Of a stretch of DNA of 64,000 bases, positions 38,034 to 47,676 are shown piece after piece (within the stretch, counting starts at the first letter, position 1; every line of letters begins with the position of its first letter). Made by a program: the position numbers and the translations under genes. The notes under the pieces are model-generated. The model saw only the letters and a list, made by a program, of their open reading frames with translations, did no database searches and was not told where the DNA came from. Where the stretch lies: assembly GCA_964484195.1 (NCBI GenBank), contig CAZAER010000001.1, positions 1,215,754-1,279,753 on the forward strand, written 5' to 3'. This stretch comes from an uncultured Bdellovibrionales bacterium. GTDB lineage: Bacteria; Myxococcota; XYA12-FULL-58-9; JALHOP01.

Positions 38034-39629
38034 ATGATCACCACCGAAAACCTCGCCCTCTCCTTCGGCAAACGCACTCTCTTCGAAAACGTCACCATCA
38101 AGCTGACGCCGGGGAACTGCTACGGCCTCATCGGCGCGAACGGCGCCGGCAAGTCGACATTCCTCAAGATCCTCTCCGGTGACGTCGAGCCCACCGCCGG
38201 CAACGTCTCCGTGCCCAAGGGCCTGCGCATCAGCACCCTGCGCCAGGATCACTTCGCGTTCGACGAGGTCACCGCGCTCGAGACCGTCATCATCGGCCAC
38301 AAGCACCTCTACGAGGTCATGCGCGCCAAAGACGCCCTCTACGCCAAAGCGGACTTCAGCGACGAAGACGGCATGCGCGTCTCGGAGCTGGAGTCCGAGT
38401 TCACCGATCTTGGCGGCTGGGACGCGGAGGCCAACGCCGGCACGCTCTTGAGCAGCCTAGGCATCCCCGTCGCCCAGCACAGCCGACTCATGAAGGAGCT
38501 CTCGGGCAGCGAGAAAGTCCGCGTGCTCCTCGCGCAAGCGCTCTTCGGCAACCCCGAGATCCTCCTCATGGACGAGCCGACGAACCACCTCGACGTCGGC
38601 TCGATTCTCTGGCTCGAGGACTTCCTCGCCGAGTTCAAACACACCGTCGTCGTCGTCTCCCACGACCGTCACTTCTTGAACAACGTCTGCACGCACGTCG
38701 CGGACATCGACTACGGCAAAGTGCAGCTCTACTCCGGCAACTACGCCTTCTGGAAAGAGTCGAGCGAGCTCGCGCTCCGGCAGGCCTCGGACAAGAACAA
38801 GAAGACCGAAGACAAGATCAAAGAGCTGCAAGAGTTCGTGCGCCGCTTCAGCGCCAACAAGTCGAAGTCCGCTCAAGCGACATCGCGCAAGAAGATCTTG
38901 GACAAGCTCGACCTCACGGAAATCAAGCCGTCCTCCCGCAAGTATCCGCACATCATCTTCAAGGATACGCGTGACCTCGGTAAAGACGTGCTCACGGTGC
39001 GTGGCCTTGCGAAGGCCGAGGAGACGCAGCTCTTCGCCAACGTGTCGTTCACCGTGGGCCGCGGCGAGAAGGTCGCCGTCGTCGGGGACGACACTTCCGT
39101 GTCGATGCTCTTGCGCGTGCTCGCTGGGGACGTGAAAGCGGACAAGGGCGAGATCGCGTGGGGCCAGTCGGTAGCGCTCGGCTATCTGCCGACCGACAAC
39201 GCCAGCTTCTTCAAGTCGCAGCTCAACCTCGTGGATTGGCTGCGGCAGTACTCGCCCGACGAACAGGGCGAGAACTTCATGCGCTCGTATCTCGGACGCA
39301 TGCTCTTCTCGGGAGAAGAGTCGCAGAAGGCCGTGTCGGTTTTGTCGGGTGGCGAGCGTGTCCGCTGCATGCTCGCAAAGCTCATGTTGATGCGGCCGAA
39401 CGTGCTGATTCTCGACCAACCCACGGGTCACCTCGACCTCGAGTCGATCACCGCGTTCAACGAGGGTTTGGTCGGATACCCCGGCACGATCATCTTCGGC
39501 TCACACGACGTCGAGTTCGCGCAGACCTTGGCAACGCGGGTCATCGTCGTGACTCCGACGAGCTTCGACGACCTGCCGATGACGTACGAGGAGTACCTCG
39601 CGAAACAGAAAGCGTCGCAGTCGCGCTAG
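38034..39629 (+). CDS. ABC-F family ATPase with two ATP-binding cassettes (EttA/Uup-like).
   Basis: It has two Walker A motifs (GANGAGKST, and one in the second cassette) and signature motifs LSGSEKVRV and LSGGERVR. The ORF is 531 aa with no TM segment. Confidence 0.9.
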   Translation: MITTENLALSFGKRTLFENVTIKLTPGNCYGLIGANGAGKSTFLKILSGDVEPTAGNVSVPKGLRISTLRQDHFAFDEVTALETVIIGHKHLYEVMRAKDALYAKADFSDEDGMRVSELESEFTDLGGWDAEANAGTLLSSLGIPVAQHSRLMKELSGSEKVRVLLAQALFGNPEILLMDEPTNHLDVGSILWLEDFLAEFKHTVVVVSHDRHFLNNVCTHVADIDYGKVQLYSGNYAFWKESSELALRQASDKNKKTEDKIKELQEFVRRFSANKSKSAQATSRKKILDKLDLTEIKPSSRKYPHIIFKDTRDLGKDVLTVRGLAKAEETQLFANVSFTVGRGEKVAVVGDDTSVSMLLRVLAGDVKADKGEIAWGQSVALGYLPTDNASFFKSQLNLVDWLRQYSPDEQGENFMRSYLGRMLFSGEESQKAVSVLSGGERVRCMLAKLMLMRPNVLILDQPTGHLDLESITAFNEGLVGYPGTIIFGSHDVEFAQTLATRVIVVTPTSFDDLPMTYEEYLAKQKASQSR

Positions 39630-41008
39630 CGGTCGATCACCAGCGTGCTTGGCTTCGCCTCTGGCTCTTTCCGGCGATGGAGCTCGGCCAGCATCCCGAA
39701 GTTGTCGAGCGCCGCGCCGCGTAGCTTGACCGGCAGCGTCGTTCGCGCGCCCCCGGGTACCGCGCCGTTTCGGTTGCACGCGGCGATATCGACCTCGAGC
39801 TCGAGCTCGTCTTTGCTCGCCGCCACGACTTTCACGCCAATCGCCTTCGGTCTAATGCCGTCTCGGCACTGGACGAACTCGGTGCGCTTCTCGAACTCGT
39901 CGCGAATTGCTTGGCCGTAGCGATCGACATAGTCGTCCGTCGCTCTCAACACCGCTGCAGCGGAGTAGCGGTCGAGTGAGCCTCGCCACGAGCCTGGCGC
40001 GTAGGGCTTGATCACACGCGCTCGGCGCACGACCTGCATTTCGTTCGTGACCAGTCCGATCCTGAGAATCTCTGGACCCGATTCGATGCGCACGTACGAC
40101 TGCCCTTCGTACCCTTCTAGCTCCCGACACGCGCGCTTCATCGCCGAGGAGACGGGCGAATCGACAGCGAGCCCACCGTGGCGGCGCGCCAAAAGCGCGA
40201 CGTCGATGACGTCGGCCAGTGCCTTCGCATGCGACTGGGCACCCTCGAGTCTCGTCTGACGCTTCCACGCTCTCAGGGTCGCGCTGTAACGGTTCAAACC
40301 CCTGTTGAGATCTTGGTAGCAGCGCTCCACTTCGGCTGGGGTCGCCGAAGCGAGGTCTTCCTGCCGCGTGAGGTAGCTCGGGGCGCGTGGCGCGACGTGG
40401 AGCTCCACTGGCTCACCCTTCATCGTTTCGAAGCGCTTCTCGAGGCCGGAAAGCAAGGTGAGCCATCGACGACTGGTCGATACGCCACCACCGTGCTCGC
40501 GCAATGCCTTGATCAATCCCTCGGCTGCTTGCGCCAGTCTCTGTCGGTCGGCAACGACTCCATCACGCGCCTCGGCACCGGAGGTGCTCTCACCGTGGAT
40601 GGTTTCGCGACGAATGAGGTCGATGCTCGCGCGTTTCTCGGGCGCCTGAATCACGAGCAATTGTGCCTTGATCATACCGTCGAACGCATCGGAATCGGGC
40701 GCGCGTCCGTGCTGCACGAAGAACTGCTGCACGGCTGCCTCCATGCCCGCCATGAGCGGTTCCGCCTGCTTGTGGCCTCGGTATGCCGTGAAGGCCGGAT
40801 GTACGTTTTGGCGGAACCAGGCAGCTGCCTCTTGGACGCGATCTTCCTGCTCTCGCGCTTGGCGAGCCGCTGCGGCTTGCTCGGCGATGCGCTGCCCTTC
40901 CGAAAGGACTTGCGCGCCGAGCTCCTGGCCGGCGGCGAGGGCCTGACTTCCGAGTTGCCGCACGCGCGACCACGCGCTCGACATGTCACTACCAATGTTC
41001 TTCGGCAT
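39626..41008 (-). CDS. Hypothetical protein.
   Basis: The ORF has good composition. A start at MPKNIGSD (41008) is preferred over the track start at 41137, which overlaps the divergent gene. Confidence 0.5.
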   Translation of the reverse strand: MPKNIGSDMSSAWSRVRQLGSQALAAGQELGAQVLSEGQRIAEQAAAARQAREQEDRVQEAAAWFRQNVHPAFTAYRGHKQAEPLMAGMEAAVQQFFVQHGRAPDSDAFDGMIKAQLLVIQAPEKRASIDLIRRETIHGESTSGAEARDGVVADRQRLAQAAEGLIKALREHGGGVSTSRRWLTLLSGLEKRFETMKGEPVELHVAPRAPSYLTRQEDLASATPAEVERCYQDLNRGLNRYSATLRAWKRQTRLEGAQSHAKALADVIDVALLARRHGGLAVDSPVSSAMKRACRELEGYEGQSYVRIESGPEILRIGLVTNEMQVVRRARVIKPYAPGSWRGSLDRYSAAAVLRATDDYVDRYGQAIRDEFEKRTEFVQCRDGIRPKAIGVKVVAASKDELELEVDIAACNRNGAVPGGARTTLPVKLRGAALDNFGMLAELHRRKEPEAKPSTLVIDR

Positions 41009-41093
41009 AAAAGGATGGCCCTTCAACGTTGTCGTCCTCCACTTATCGCCGGCCGCAGCGATGCGTTGCCCGGGCCCGAGTGCCCGCCAGGCA

Positions 41094-41124
41094 CTGAACA
41101 TTTGACACGTGCTCTGTTGTTCAG
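41094..41124. promoter_or_regulatory. Inverted repeat CTGAACA-N17-TGTTCAG in a divergent promoter region.
   Basis: The sequence ctgaacatttgacacgtgctctgttgttcag is seen directly at 41094-41124, between gene starts at 41008 (-) and 41137 (+). Confidence 0.35.
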
Positions 41125-41136
41125 TATCAAGAGACA

Positions 41137-41598
41137 ATGCACCGCAAGCCGAAGAGCCCTTTGGTCAAGGTTCACTTCCCCTTGGACCCCGAAGAACACG
41201 GCATCGCGGGCGAGACGATGTGGTGTGAGCCAGTCGGCATCGGGCTCTACAAACTGTGGAGCGTGCCGTACACGGTGCGCGGGGTGAGCCTGCACGACAT
41301 CGTCAAGGCGAAGGAGGTCGACGACGTCCTGACCTTCGTCTCCGTCGCTATCCGCGCCGGCCATTCGACCTACGCCTACGTAAAGCTCGACTCCGTCCGC
41401 TTCGATGAGTTTTGGCAACCGCTCGCCAAGCTCGGTGTCGAGAGCTCGAACGCCGACGGCGTCGTCGCCATCGACATCCCTTCACGCGCCGACATCTTCG
41501 ACGTACGCCGCGCCTTCCGCCGCGGGCAAGAGGCGGGGGTCTGGGATTGCGAGGAGATGACCTGTGGCCACCTCATCGCACTTGCTCGCGCTAGCTGA
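41137..41598 (+). CDS. Hypothetical protein, possibly DUF4265-like.
   Basis: The 153-aa ORF has balanced composition (ETMWCEPVGIGLYKLWSVPYTVRGVSLHDIVKA). The family assignment is from memory only. Confidence 0.5.
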   Translation: MHRKPKSPLVKVHFPLDPEEHGIAGETMWCEPVGIGLYKLWSVPYTVRGVSLHDIVKAKEVDDVLTFVSVAIRAGHSTYAYVKLDSVRFDEFWQPLAKLGVESSNADGVVAIDIPSRADIFDVRRAFRRGQEAGVWDCEEMTCGHLIALARAS

Positions 41599-41689
41599 AG
41601 CAACTCTCGGCCCCCTGTGGCCGATAAACATCCCGAAACACGATGAGGCGGGGTTTGTCTCCTCTTCCGCCTGCTTTCGGGACCCACGT

Positions 41690-42538
41690 ATGCAACCGTA
41701 CTCTTCAGTTAGCTCACGAACCATTGGCGGTACGAGCCTCGGCCAACCGGCACCTGCGACGCACGCGTCCGTAAGCGCCAAAGCAGCGCCAGATACCGCG
41801 CGTGCCCTGGAAACGTCGGCTGCCGCAACGGAGACAGTCGCATCGGCCTACGGACGCGCTCTTCGCGCGCTCACACGGTCGGGCGTCGGCATGCCGTCGC
41901 ACACGCAAGTCATGACAGCAGCGGCGCTCCTAGGCCGCAACGCGAGCCTCGAGCACAACCCACTCCTTCTTTGGGCCGAAACCGAAGCCCTCACCCCGGC
42001 AACGCCGGCGCCGCGCGACCAGAGCGCGCAGTCCTTCCTCGCTCGTTTTGCCGCGGAGGGGTTCGAGGTCTGTCACAGCGACCGTTTGCCCGCCTGCGGG
42101 GACCACCACGAAGAGCACCACCTGTTGTTCAACGCGGAGCATGGCCTGTTCGCCGCGTTCTATGCCGACAACGGCAAGACTCTCGACGCCAAGATCTTCT
42201 TCAACTGGCAACCGGCGCCGGGCGTGGATACCAATCACCCAGCGCGTGGTGTCCTCGGCAATTCGTTGACCCGACCCGACAAGCCCATCGTGGGCTGCGT
42301 GTCGACGCACACCAAGGGCTGCGCTGACGAGCTCTTCAGCAAGCTCGATGTGCTCAAGAGCAACGGCACCTTTTTGCCGCGCTGGGACGGCGCCCCATAC
42401 ATCACGCTCTACACGGGCCAGGAGTACGCACGCATCGGCTTCTCCGGCCAGCAGCACTTCAACGCCGAGTGCAAGCGCATCACCGAAGAGCGCCTCGCGC
42501 GAGTGCCCCAGCCCTATCGCGACGCCATGGGGATCTGA
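41690..42538 (+). CDS. Hypothetical protein.
   Basis: The C-terminal two-thirds are well composed (HHEEHHLLFNAEHGLF...). The start is uncertain: the ATG at 41690 or the track start at 41564. Confidence 0.4.
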   Translation: MQPYSSVSSRTIGGTSLGQPAPATHASVSAKAAPDTARALETSAAATETVASAYGRALRALTRSGVGMPSHTQVMTAAALLGRNASLEHNPLLLWAETEALTPATPAPRDQSAQSFLARFAAEGFEVCHSDRLPACGDHHEEHHLLFNAEHGLFAAFYADNGKTLDAKIFFNWQPAPGVDTNHPARGVLGNSLTRPDKPIVGCVSTHTKGCADELFSKLDVLKSNGTFLPRWDGAPYITLYTGQEYARIGFSGQQHFNAECKRITEERLARVPQPYRDAMGI

Positions 42539-42542
42539 ACGC

Positions 42543-44333
42543 CTACTGATTGCTGGTGACGCTCATCGCGGCGCTCGCACTGCCATCGACATTGAACGTG
42601 TCGGTGCCCGCACCGCCATTCAAGATGAGTGTGTCCGTCGTGTCCGCCCCAGAGATGGTCACCGCCGTATACAGACCACCGACCTGAACCGCGCCGGAGC
42701 TCGTCGAAACGTTGAAGGTGTCCGCGGCAGCGGTGCCGTTGATCGACACACTGTCCACCGCGCTGTCACCGGTGGTGACGCCCGAGGCGGCGAGATTTAC
42801 GGTGAGCTGTCCAACGTCGGTCTGGGACATGTCGTTCAAGGTCACGGTGTCCGTGCCACCGAGCACCTGCAAAGACACGTGCTCGACGTCATCGACGTCC
42901 ATGACGATGGAGCCGACGTTGCGCGTGAGCAATGCCCTGCTTCCATTGGCGGACAAAGCCAGGACCTCCGCGCCAGCGGAGCAGTTGAACATGAGCGTAT
43001 CGGTACCGACCTGCCCCTCGATCGTGTCGCTGCCGTCGCCGGGATCCCATTGGGCGACGTCATTGCCGTCACCCAAGAAGATGGTGTCGTTGCCTTGATT
43101 GCCATCGACGTGATCGTTGCCCGGCCCACCCAAAACGATGTCCGCTCCGTTGCCTCCGTTCACCACGTCGTCACCCTCGCCGCCTTCGATCTGTAGCTTG
43201 ATCAGCGCAGCGATGTTGCCACCAGCGGTGACCTGATCGGCGCCGCCGAGGCACTTGATCGTAAGTGTGTCCGCCGGAACGGATCCACTGATATCCACAG
43301 TCGCGGAGTAGAGAGCGCCTTGAAGGCGCACGAGCGCGCCGTTCGCCGTCACCGTGATGGTGTCTGCCTCCTCGGAGCCGTTCGCGGTGATGAGATCGTT
43401 GCCGGTCGCAGCGACCACGACGCCATCGCCGGCTTCGTATCCTTTGACGGCGACTTCGGCCCCCGCCCCAGCGACGACGGTGCTGCCTGCTTCGCCGCTC
43501 ACCATGATGGTGTCCTGGCCGGCCGTGCCGTTCAGCGTGACCGTGTCCGCCTGTCCATCGCCAGTGCTACCCGTGCTCGCTCGCAGGTCGATGGTGATGC
43601 CGCCCAACGTTATCGCGGACAGGTCACCGACGGTGATGCTGTCGGCCCCGCCGACTGGATCGACCGTGAGCTCCTCGATGCCTCCAACGTCGACCGAGGC
43701 GTCGCCCCAGACCACGAGCAAACGCTCGCCGCTTGCCGAGAGCGCGATGGTCTCGGGGTCGTCGCTGCCGGTGAACGCCAGTGTCTCGTCACCGTCACCG
43801 CCGTCGATCACGTCGCTGCCATGGCCCGCGCTCCAGAAGACGGTGTCGTTGCCCCCGCCGAGCGTGATGGTGTCGATGCCCGTGCCGCCGATCACGGAGT
43901 CGTCCCCGTCACCTCCGGCGATCGTTTCGGCGCCGGCACCGCCGATCAGCGAATCGTTACCGCCGCCGCCGTTGATGGTGGTGGCTTCGTTGAGGGTGAA
44001 GACGCCGTTGGCCTCGTCGATGCGAACGACATCGGCGCCGCCGTTCCCGTTGATGACGATGGCCTCGAATTGCGTGATGTCGAAGCGGCCGTCCGCGACG
44101 CCATCGTCGCCGATGTCGACTTCGAGTAGGACCGCGGCGCCGGCCTGAAGCCGCAGAGCGAGGCGCGAATCGGCGTCGCTGCCGTCGATCCGGAGCGTCC
44201 GGCTGACGATGTCCGCGGTGTACAGCGGAGCTGCGGTGTCTTCATCGGTCGCCGAGTCATCGTCGTCGTCGCGGTCGTCTTTCGAGCAGGCCGACAGCGC
44301 CAGCGCGGTGCAGAGAATGATGCGGTAGCTCAT
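42543..44333 (-). CDS. Calcium-binding RTX-like (hemolysin-type repeat) lipoprotein.
   Basis: The ATG at 44333 gives MSYRIILCTALALSACS. Many GGxGxDxx nonapeptide-like repeats are present (GGNGADVV, GGAGAETIAGGDGDD, GGNGADIVLGGPGND), along with an acidic linker. Confidence 0.7.
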   Translation of the reverse strand: MSYRIILCTALALSACSKDDRDDDDDSATDEDTAAPLYTADIVSRTLRIDGSDADSRLALRLQAGAAVLLEVDIGDDGVADGRFDITQFEAIVINGNGGADVVRIDEANGVFTLNEATTINGGGGNDSLIGGAGAETIAGGDGDDSVIGGTGIDTITLGGGNDTVFWSAGHGSDVIDGGDGDETLAFTGSDDPETIALSASGERLLVVWGDASVDVGGIEELTVDPVGGADSITVGDLSAITLGGITIDLRASTGSTGDGQADTVTLNGTAGQDTIMVSGEAGSTVVAGAGAEVAVKGYEAGDGVVVAATGNDLITANGSEEADTITVTANGALVRLQGALYSATVDISGSVPADTLTIKCLGGADQVTAGGNIAALIKLQIEGGEGDDVVNGGNGADIVLGGPGNDHVDGNQGNDTIFLGDGNDVAQWDPGDGSDTIEGQVGTDTLMFNCSAGAEVLALSANGSRALLTRNVGSIVMDVDDVEHVSLQVLGGTDTVTLNDMSQTDVGQLTVNLAASGVTTGDSAVDSVSINGTAAADTFNVSTSSGAVQVGGLYTAVTISGADTTDTLILNGGAGTDTFNVDGSASAAMSVTSNQ

Positions 44334-44343
44334 GACACGTCCC

Positions 44344-45648
44344 CTATTCGCGAAGCCCCACCATACCGACAATCACTGTCACCAAAGCCACTGCACACGG
44401 ATAAACGAGCCCCGCGTAGATGTTGCCGGTGGCCGCTGTCATGCTTGCCGCAATCAACGGCATGAACCCGCCAAACACACCATTTCCGACGTGGTACGGC
44501 AAAGACATCGAGGTGTAACGAATTTGCACCGGGAAGAGCTCGACGAGAAACGCTGCAATTGGGCCATACACCATGGTCACGAGCAGCATCAGGACCACCA
44601 GAATGGCGACCGTCGCCACGACGTCGATATCGGGAGGCGTCGCCACGGCGACGAGCGCGCGGAACAGCGGGTAATAGAGCACGACCGCTAAAGCGCACCC
44701 AGTCAACATGATGGGCTTGCGTCCAATGCGATCCGACAGCCGCCCGAACACCACGAAAAACGGCGTACCGATCGCCAGTGCAACCCCGATGAGCACGTAC
44801 GACGTGACGAAGTCGACCTTCAGCGTGTTCTGCAAGAAAAACAGCGCGTAGAACTGGCCGGTGTACCAGACGACGCCCTGCCCGGCGGTCGCACCGAAGA
44901 GCGCAAGTAGCACGTACTTGAGATTCACAGGATTCGTGAAGCTCTCTTTTAGCGGATTCTTCGAAATTTTGTTTTCGGCCTTGAGCTTCAAGAACGCCGG
45001 CGACTCGCGCAGCTTCATGCGGATGTAAACGGAGACGCCGAGCAGCACGAACGACAACAAGAACGGAACGCGCCAGCCCCAGCTGTTGAAGGCGTCGTCA
45101 CCGAACGCGAGGCGCGTCGTGAGGATGACCGCGAGCGACACGAAGAAGCCGAGCGTCGCCGTCGTCTGGATGAAGCTCGTGTAGTAGCCGCGGCGATCAT
45201 CCGGTGCGTGCTCCGCCACGTAAGTCGCAGCGCCCCCGTATTCGCCGCCGAGCGCGAGGCCCTGGGCCAGCCGCAGAGCCACGAGGAGAATCGGCGCCAG
45301 CATGCCGACATTGTCGTACGTCGGCAGCAAGCCGATCGCCGCCGTCGACACACCCATGATCACGATGGTGACGAGGAACGTGTGCTTGCGCCCGACGAGA
45401 TCACCGAGGCGTCCGAAGACCAACGCGCCGAACGGCCGCACCGCAAAGCCCGCACCGAAGGTCGCGAGGCTCGCGAGAAACGCGGCGGTCTCGTGACCTT
45501 TCGGGAAGAACAGTCCGCTGAAGAAGGCTGCGAGCGAGCCGTAGAGATAGAAGTCGTACCACTCGAAGAGCGTGCCGACGGACGAGGCCAAGATGACCTG
45601 ACGGATCTTGGACGGCTCGCTGACGGCTTCGGATTGCGGAGCGGGCAT
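44344..45648 (-). CDS. MFS transporter of the MHS family (ProP-like metabolite:H+ symporter).
   Basis: The family signature motifs FEWYDFYLYG and GRLGDLVGRK are present. The protein has about 12 TM helices in 434 aa. Confidence 0.85.
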   Translation of the reverse strand: MPAPQSEAVSEPSKIRQVILASSVGTLFEWYDFYLYGSLAAFFSGLFFPKGHETAAFLASLATFGAGFAVRPFGALVFGRLGDLVGRKHTFLVTIVIMGVSTAAIGLLPTYDNVGMLAPILLVALRLAQGLALGGEYGGAATYVAEHAPDDRRGYYTSFIQTTATLGFFVSLAVILTTRLAFGDDAFNSWGWRVPFLLSFVLLGVSVYIRMKLRESPAFLKLKAENKISKNPLKESFTNPVNLKYVLLALFGATAGQGVVWYTGQFYALFFLQNTLKVDFVTSYVLIGVALAIGTPFFVVFGRLSDRIGRKPIMLTGCALAVVLYYPLFRALVAVATPPDIDVVATVAILVVLMLLVTMVYGPIAAFLVELFPVQIRYTSMSLPYHVGNGVFGGFMPLIAASMTAATGNIYAGLVYPCAVALVTVIVGMVGLRE

Positions 45649-45669
45649 GGCGTCCCCACGATAGCCCGC

Positions 45670-45993
45670 ATGCGCAAAATAACACTATTGGCAGTCTGCT
45701 TTTTTCTCGGTGCGTGCGGCGGGGGCAGCGACACGATCGAACCGGGTAGCGCCGGCAGCAGGTGCTCGACGACCGCGGACTGCAACCCCGGTATCGAGTG
45801 CGTGTCGCTCGGCAACAACACCGATCGCGGCTGCTTTGCACACGCTTGCGCCAAGACGGGCTGCGAGACGAACGAGGACTGCGACCAGTTCGACGGCGGC
45901 AGATGCGTGGGTGAGTTCGATAGCGGCGTCGGCGTGCCGGTGTGCACCTACCAGGAGTGGAATTCCGACGAGTCGCTCTGCGACCCAACCTAG
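45670..45993 (+). CDS. Small Cys-rich lipoprotein.
   Basis: The ATG at 45670 gives MRKITLLAVCFFLGACGG. The mature part has 10 Cys. The ORF-track start at 45208 is an antisense extension. Confidence 0.6.
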   Translation: MRKITLLAVCFFLGACGGGSDTIEPGSAGSRCSTTADCNPGIECVSLGNNTDRGCFAHACAKTGCETNEDCDQFDGGRCVGEFDSGVGVPVCTYQEWNSDESLCDPT

Positions 45994-46013
45994 CGGCTGA
46001 GGCGCTCGCCAAC

Positions 46014-47297
46014 TTACTCGCTGTCGACGAACCCGCGCATGCTCCGCGCCCGGGCTGGTTGCCGCAGCTTGTGCAGCGCCTTTGCCTCGATCTGCCTGAT
46101 GCGCTCGCGGGTCACCGAGAACACTTCGCCGACCTGCTCGAGCGTGTGCTCGGAGTCGTGCCCGATGCCGAAGCGCATGCGGATGATTTTGTCTTCGCGT
46201 GGGCTCAGATGTTTGAGCACGCCACGCATCTGGCGCGCGAGGTCATTGCCCTCCGCTACAGCAGACGCTGATTCCTCGCGTGAGGAGATGAAGTCACCGA
46301 GCGTCGTGTCACCATCTTCACCCACGGGATTCGACAGCGACACCGGCTCACGACCGAGCGACATCACGTGGACGACGCGCTCTTTCGGCATGTCGAGCTT
46401 CCGCGCGATCTCATCCGGAGTCGGCTCACGCCCGAGCTGCAAGGCCAGATAGCGGTTGGTGCGCAGGACCTTGTTCAGCGTCTCCGACATGTGGACCGGG
46501 ACACGAATGGTGCGCGACTGATCAGACAGAGCACGCGTCACCGCCTGGCGGATCCACCAGGTCGCGTAAGTCGAGAACTTGAACCCGCGCCGGTGATCGA
46601 ACTTCTCCACCGCCCGCATGAGCCCTAGGTTGCCCTCCTGGATGAGGTCCGGGAGCTGCATGCCGCGATTCACGTAGGCCTTGGCGATGAACACCACCAA
46701 GCGCAGGTTTGCAGCGACGAGCTCTCCCCTCGCCTGCCGCGCCCTGCGCTCGCATGCGACGAGTCGCGCGTGCGTCGCTCGCAGATCGCGTTCGCCTGGA
46801 GCCGCGCTCGCGACCATGGTCTCGACCCGCGCCCGCAAGCGCTGGCGCGCGTGCGAGCACAACGCCAGCTCCGCGTACGTCTTCTCGATCTCGGCTGAAC
46901 GGCGAGCCCGGAGCTTCGGAGTGCCCTTGCTGCGCTGGTCGTGCAGCTTGCTGATGCGGGTGAGTAGCTTCAGCGCGTCTTTTGCGCTGTGCGTGCGCTC
47001 GCCCTCACCGTCTTCGGGAACCTCGACGAGCTCATGCACGCCAAGGGCACCAGAGCGCAGCTTGTCGGCGACCGAGCGAAGCTCCGCTATAACGGCGTCG
47101 GATTCGAGCATGGCGCTCGTCGCTTCGGCATCCCCGGCTTCGATGCGCTTGGCGATCTCGACCTCTTGCTCACGCGTCAACAGGGCGACGCGTCTGACGC
47201 GATCGAGATAGCTGCCAACGTCATCGCGCTCAGGACTTTTGACGGGCCGAATTCCCGCGCTCGAGCGGCGCGGCTTCTTGTCCTTCAGGAGACACAC
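46014..47297 (-). CDS. RNA polymerase sigma factor, RpoD (sigma-70) family.
   Basis: Region 1.2 (YLDRVRRVALLTREQEVEIAKRIE), regions 2.x (GNLGLMRAVEKFDHRRGFKFSTYATWWIRQAV) and the region 4.2 HTH are all present. The start is a GTG at 47297. Confidence 0.9.
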   Translation of the reverse strand: MCLLKDKKPRRSSAGIRPVKSPERDDVGSYLDRVRRVALLTREQEVEIAKRIEAGDAEATSAMLESDAVIAELRSVADKLRSGALGVHELVEVPEDGEGERTHSAKDALKLLTRISKLHDQRSKGTPKLRARRSAEIEKTYAELALCSHARQRLRARVETMVASAAPGERDLRATHARLVACERRARQARGELVAANLRLVVFIAKAYVNRGMQLPDLIQEGNLGLMRAVEKFDHRRGFKFSTYATWWIRQAVTRALSDQSRTIRVPVHMSETLNKVLRTNRYLALQLGREPTPDEIARKLDMPKERVVHVMSLGREPVSLSNPVGEDGDTTLGDFISSREESASAVAEGNDLARQMRGVLKHLSPREDKIIRMRFGIGHDSEHTLEQVGEVFSVTRERIRQIEAKALHKLRQPARARSMRGFVDSE

Positions 47298-47333
47298 TTC
47301 TTTCAGGGGCGGCGCGCCCCTTCGAACGCTTTG

Positions 47334-47510
47334 CTAGAACAGCGGGGGCTGGGGGCCTGGCACGATGCCGATGAGGTCGGGATCTTCGCCGGTCAAGCGA
47401 GCGATCTCCGCGCGCTTCTCGGACTCGACCTTGCGAGCGGCCTTCTTGGCAGCCTTCTCTTCCTGCTGCTCCTTGCGGCGCAGTTCCTTCTGGCGTTTGC
47501 CGAATGCGGG
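47334..47510 (-). CDS. Small 58-aa Lys/Glu-rich protein.
   Basis: AAGGAG plus a 6-nt spacer plus GTG at 47510. The product is VSSPAFGKRQKELRRKEQQEEKAAKKAARKVESEKRAEIARLTGEDPDLIGIVPGPQPPLF. The ORF-track extension to 48062 is Ser/Arg junk. Confidence 0.5.
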   Translation of the reverse strand, partial: PAFGKRQKELRRKEQQEEKAAKKAARKVESEKRAEIARLTGEDPDLIGIVPGPQPPLF

Positions 47511-47676
47511 GCTGCTCACGCGCGACTCCTTTGGAAACACAAAGCCCGGGTGGGACCTGAGTCCAACCCGGGCTTGCGAGTGCAAGGAGCACCGTATGCT
47601 ATTCACGCCGCCAATGCGCGGGAGATTTGCCCGCGGCAGGTCTTTTACGATCTTCTCGGTCGGTGCGAGCTGTTTT

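Noticed and set aside
41094-41124. canonical LexA box
   Set aside because: The half sites match but the spacer is far longer than the 17-bp myxobacterial consensus. I kept it only as a generic inverted-repeat finding.
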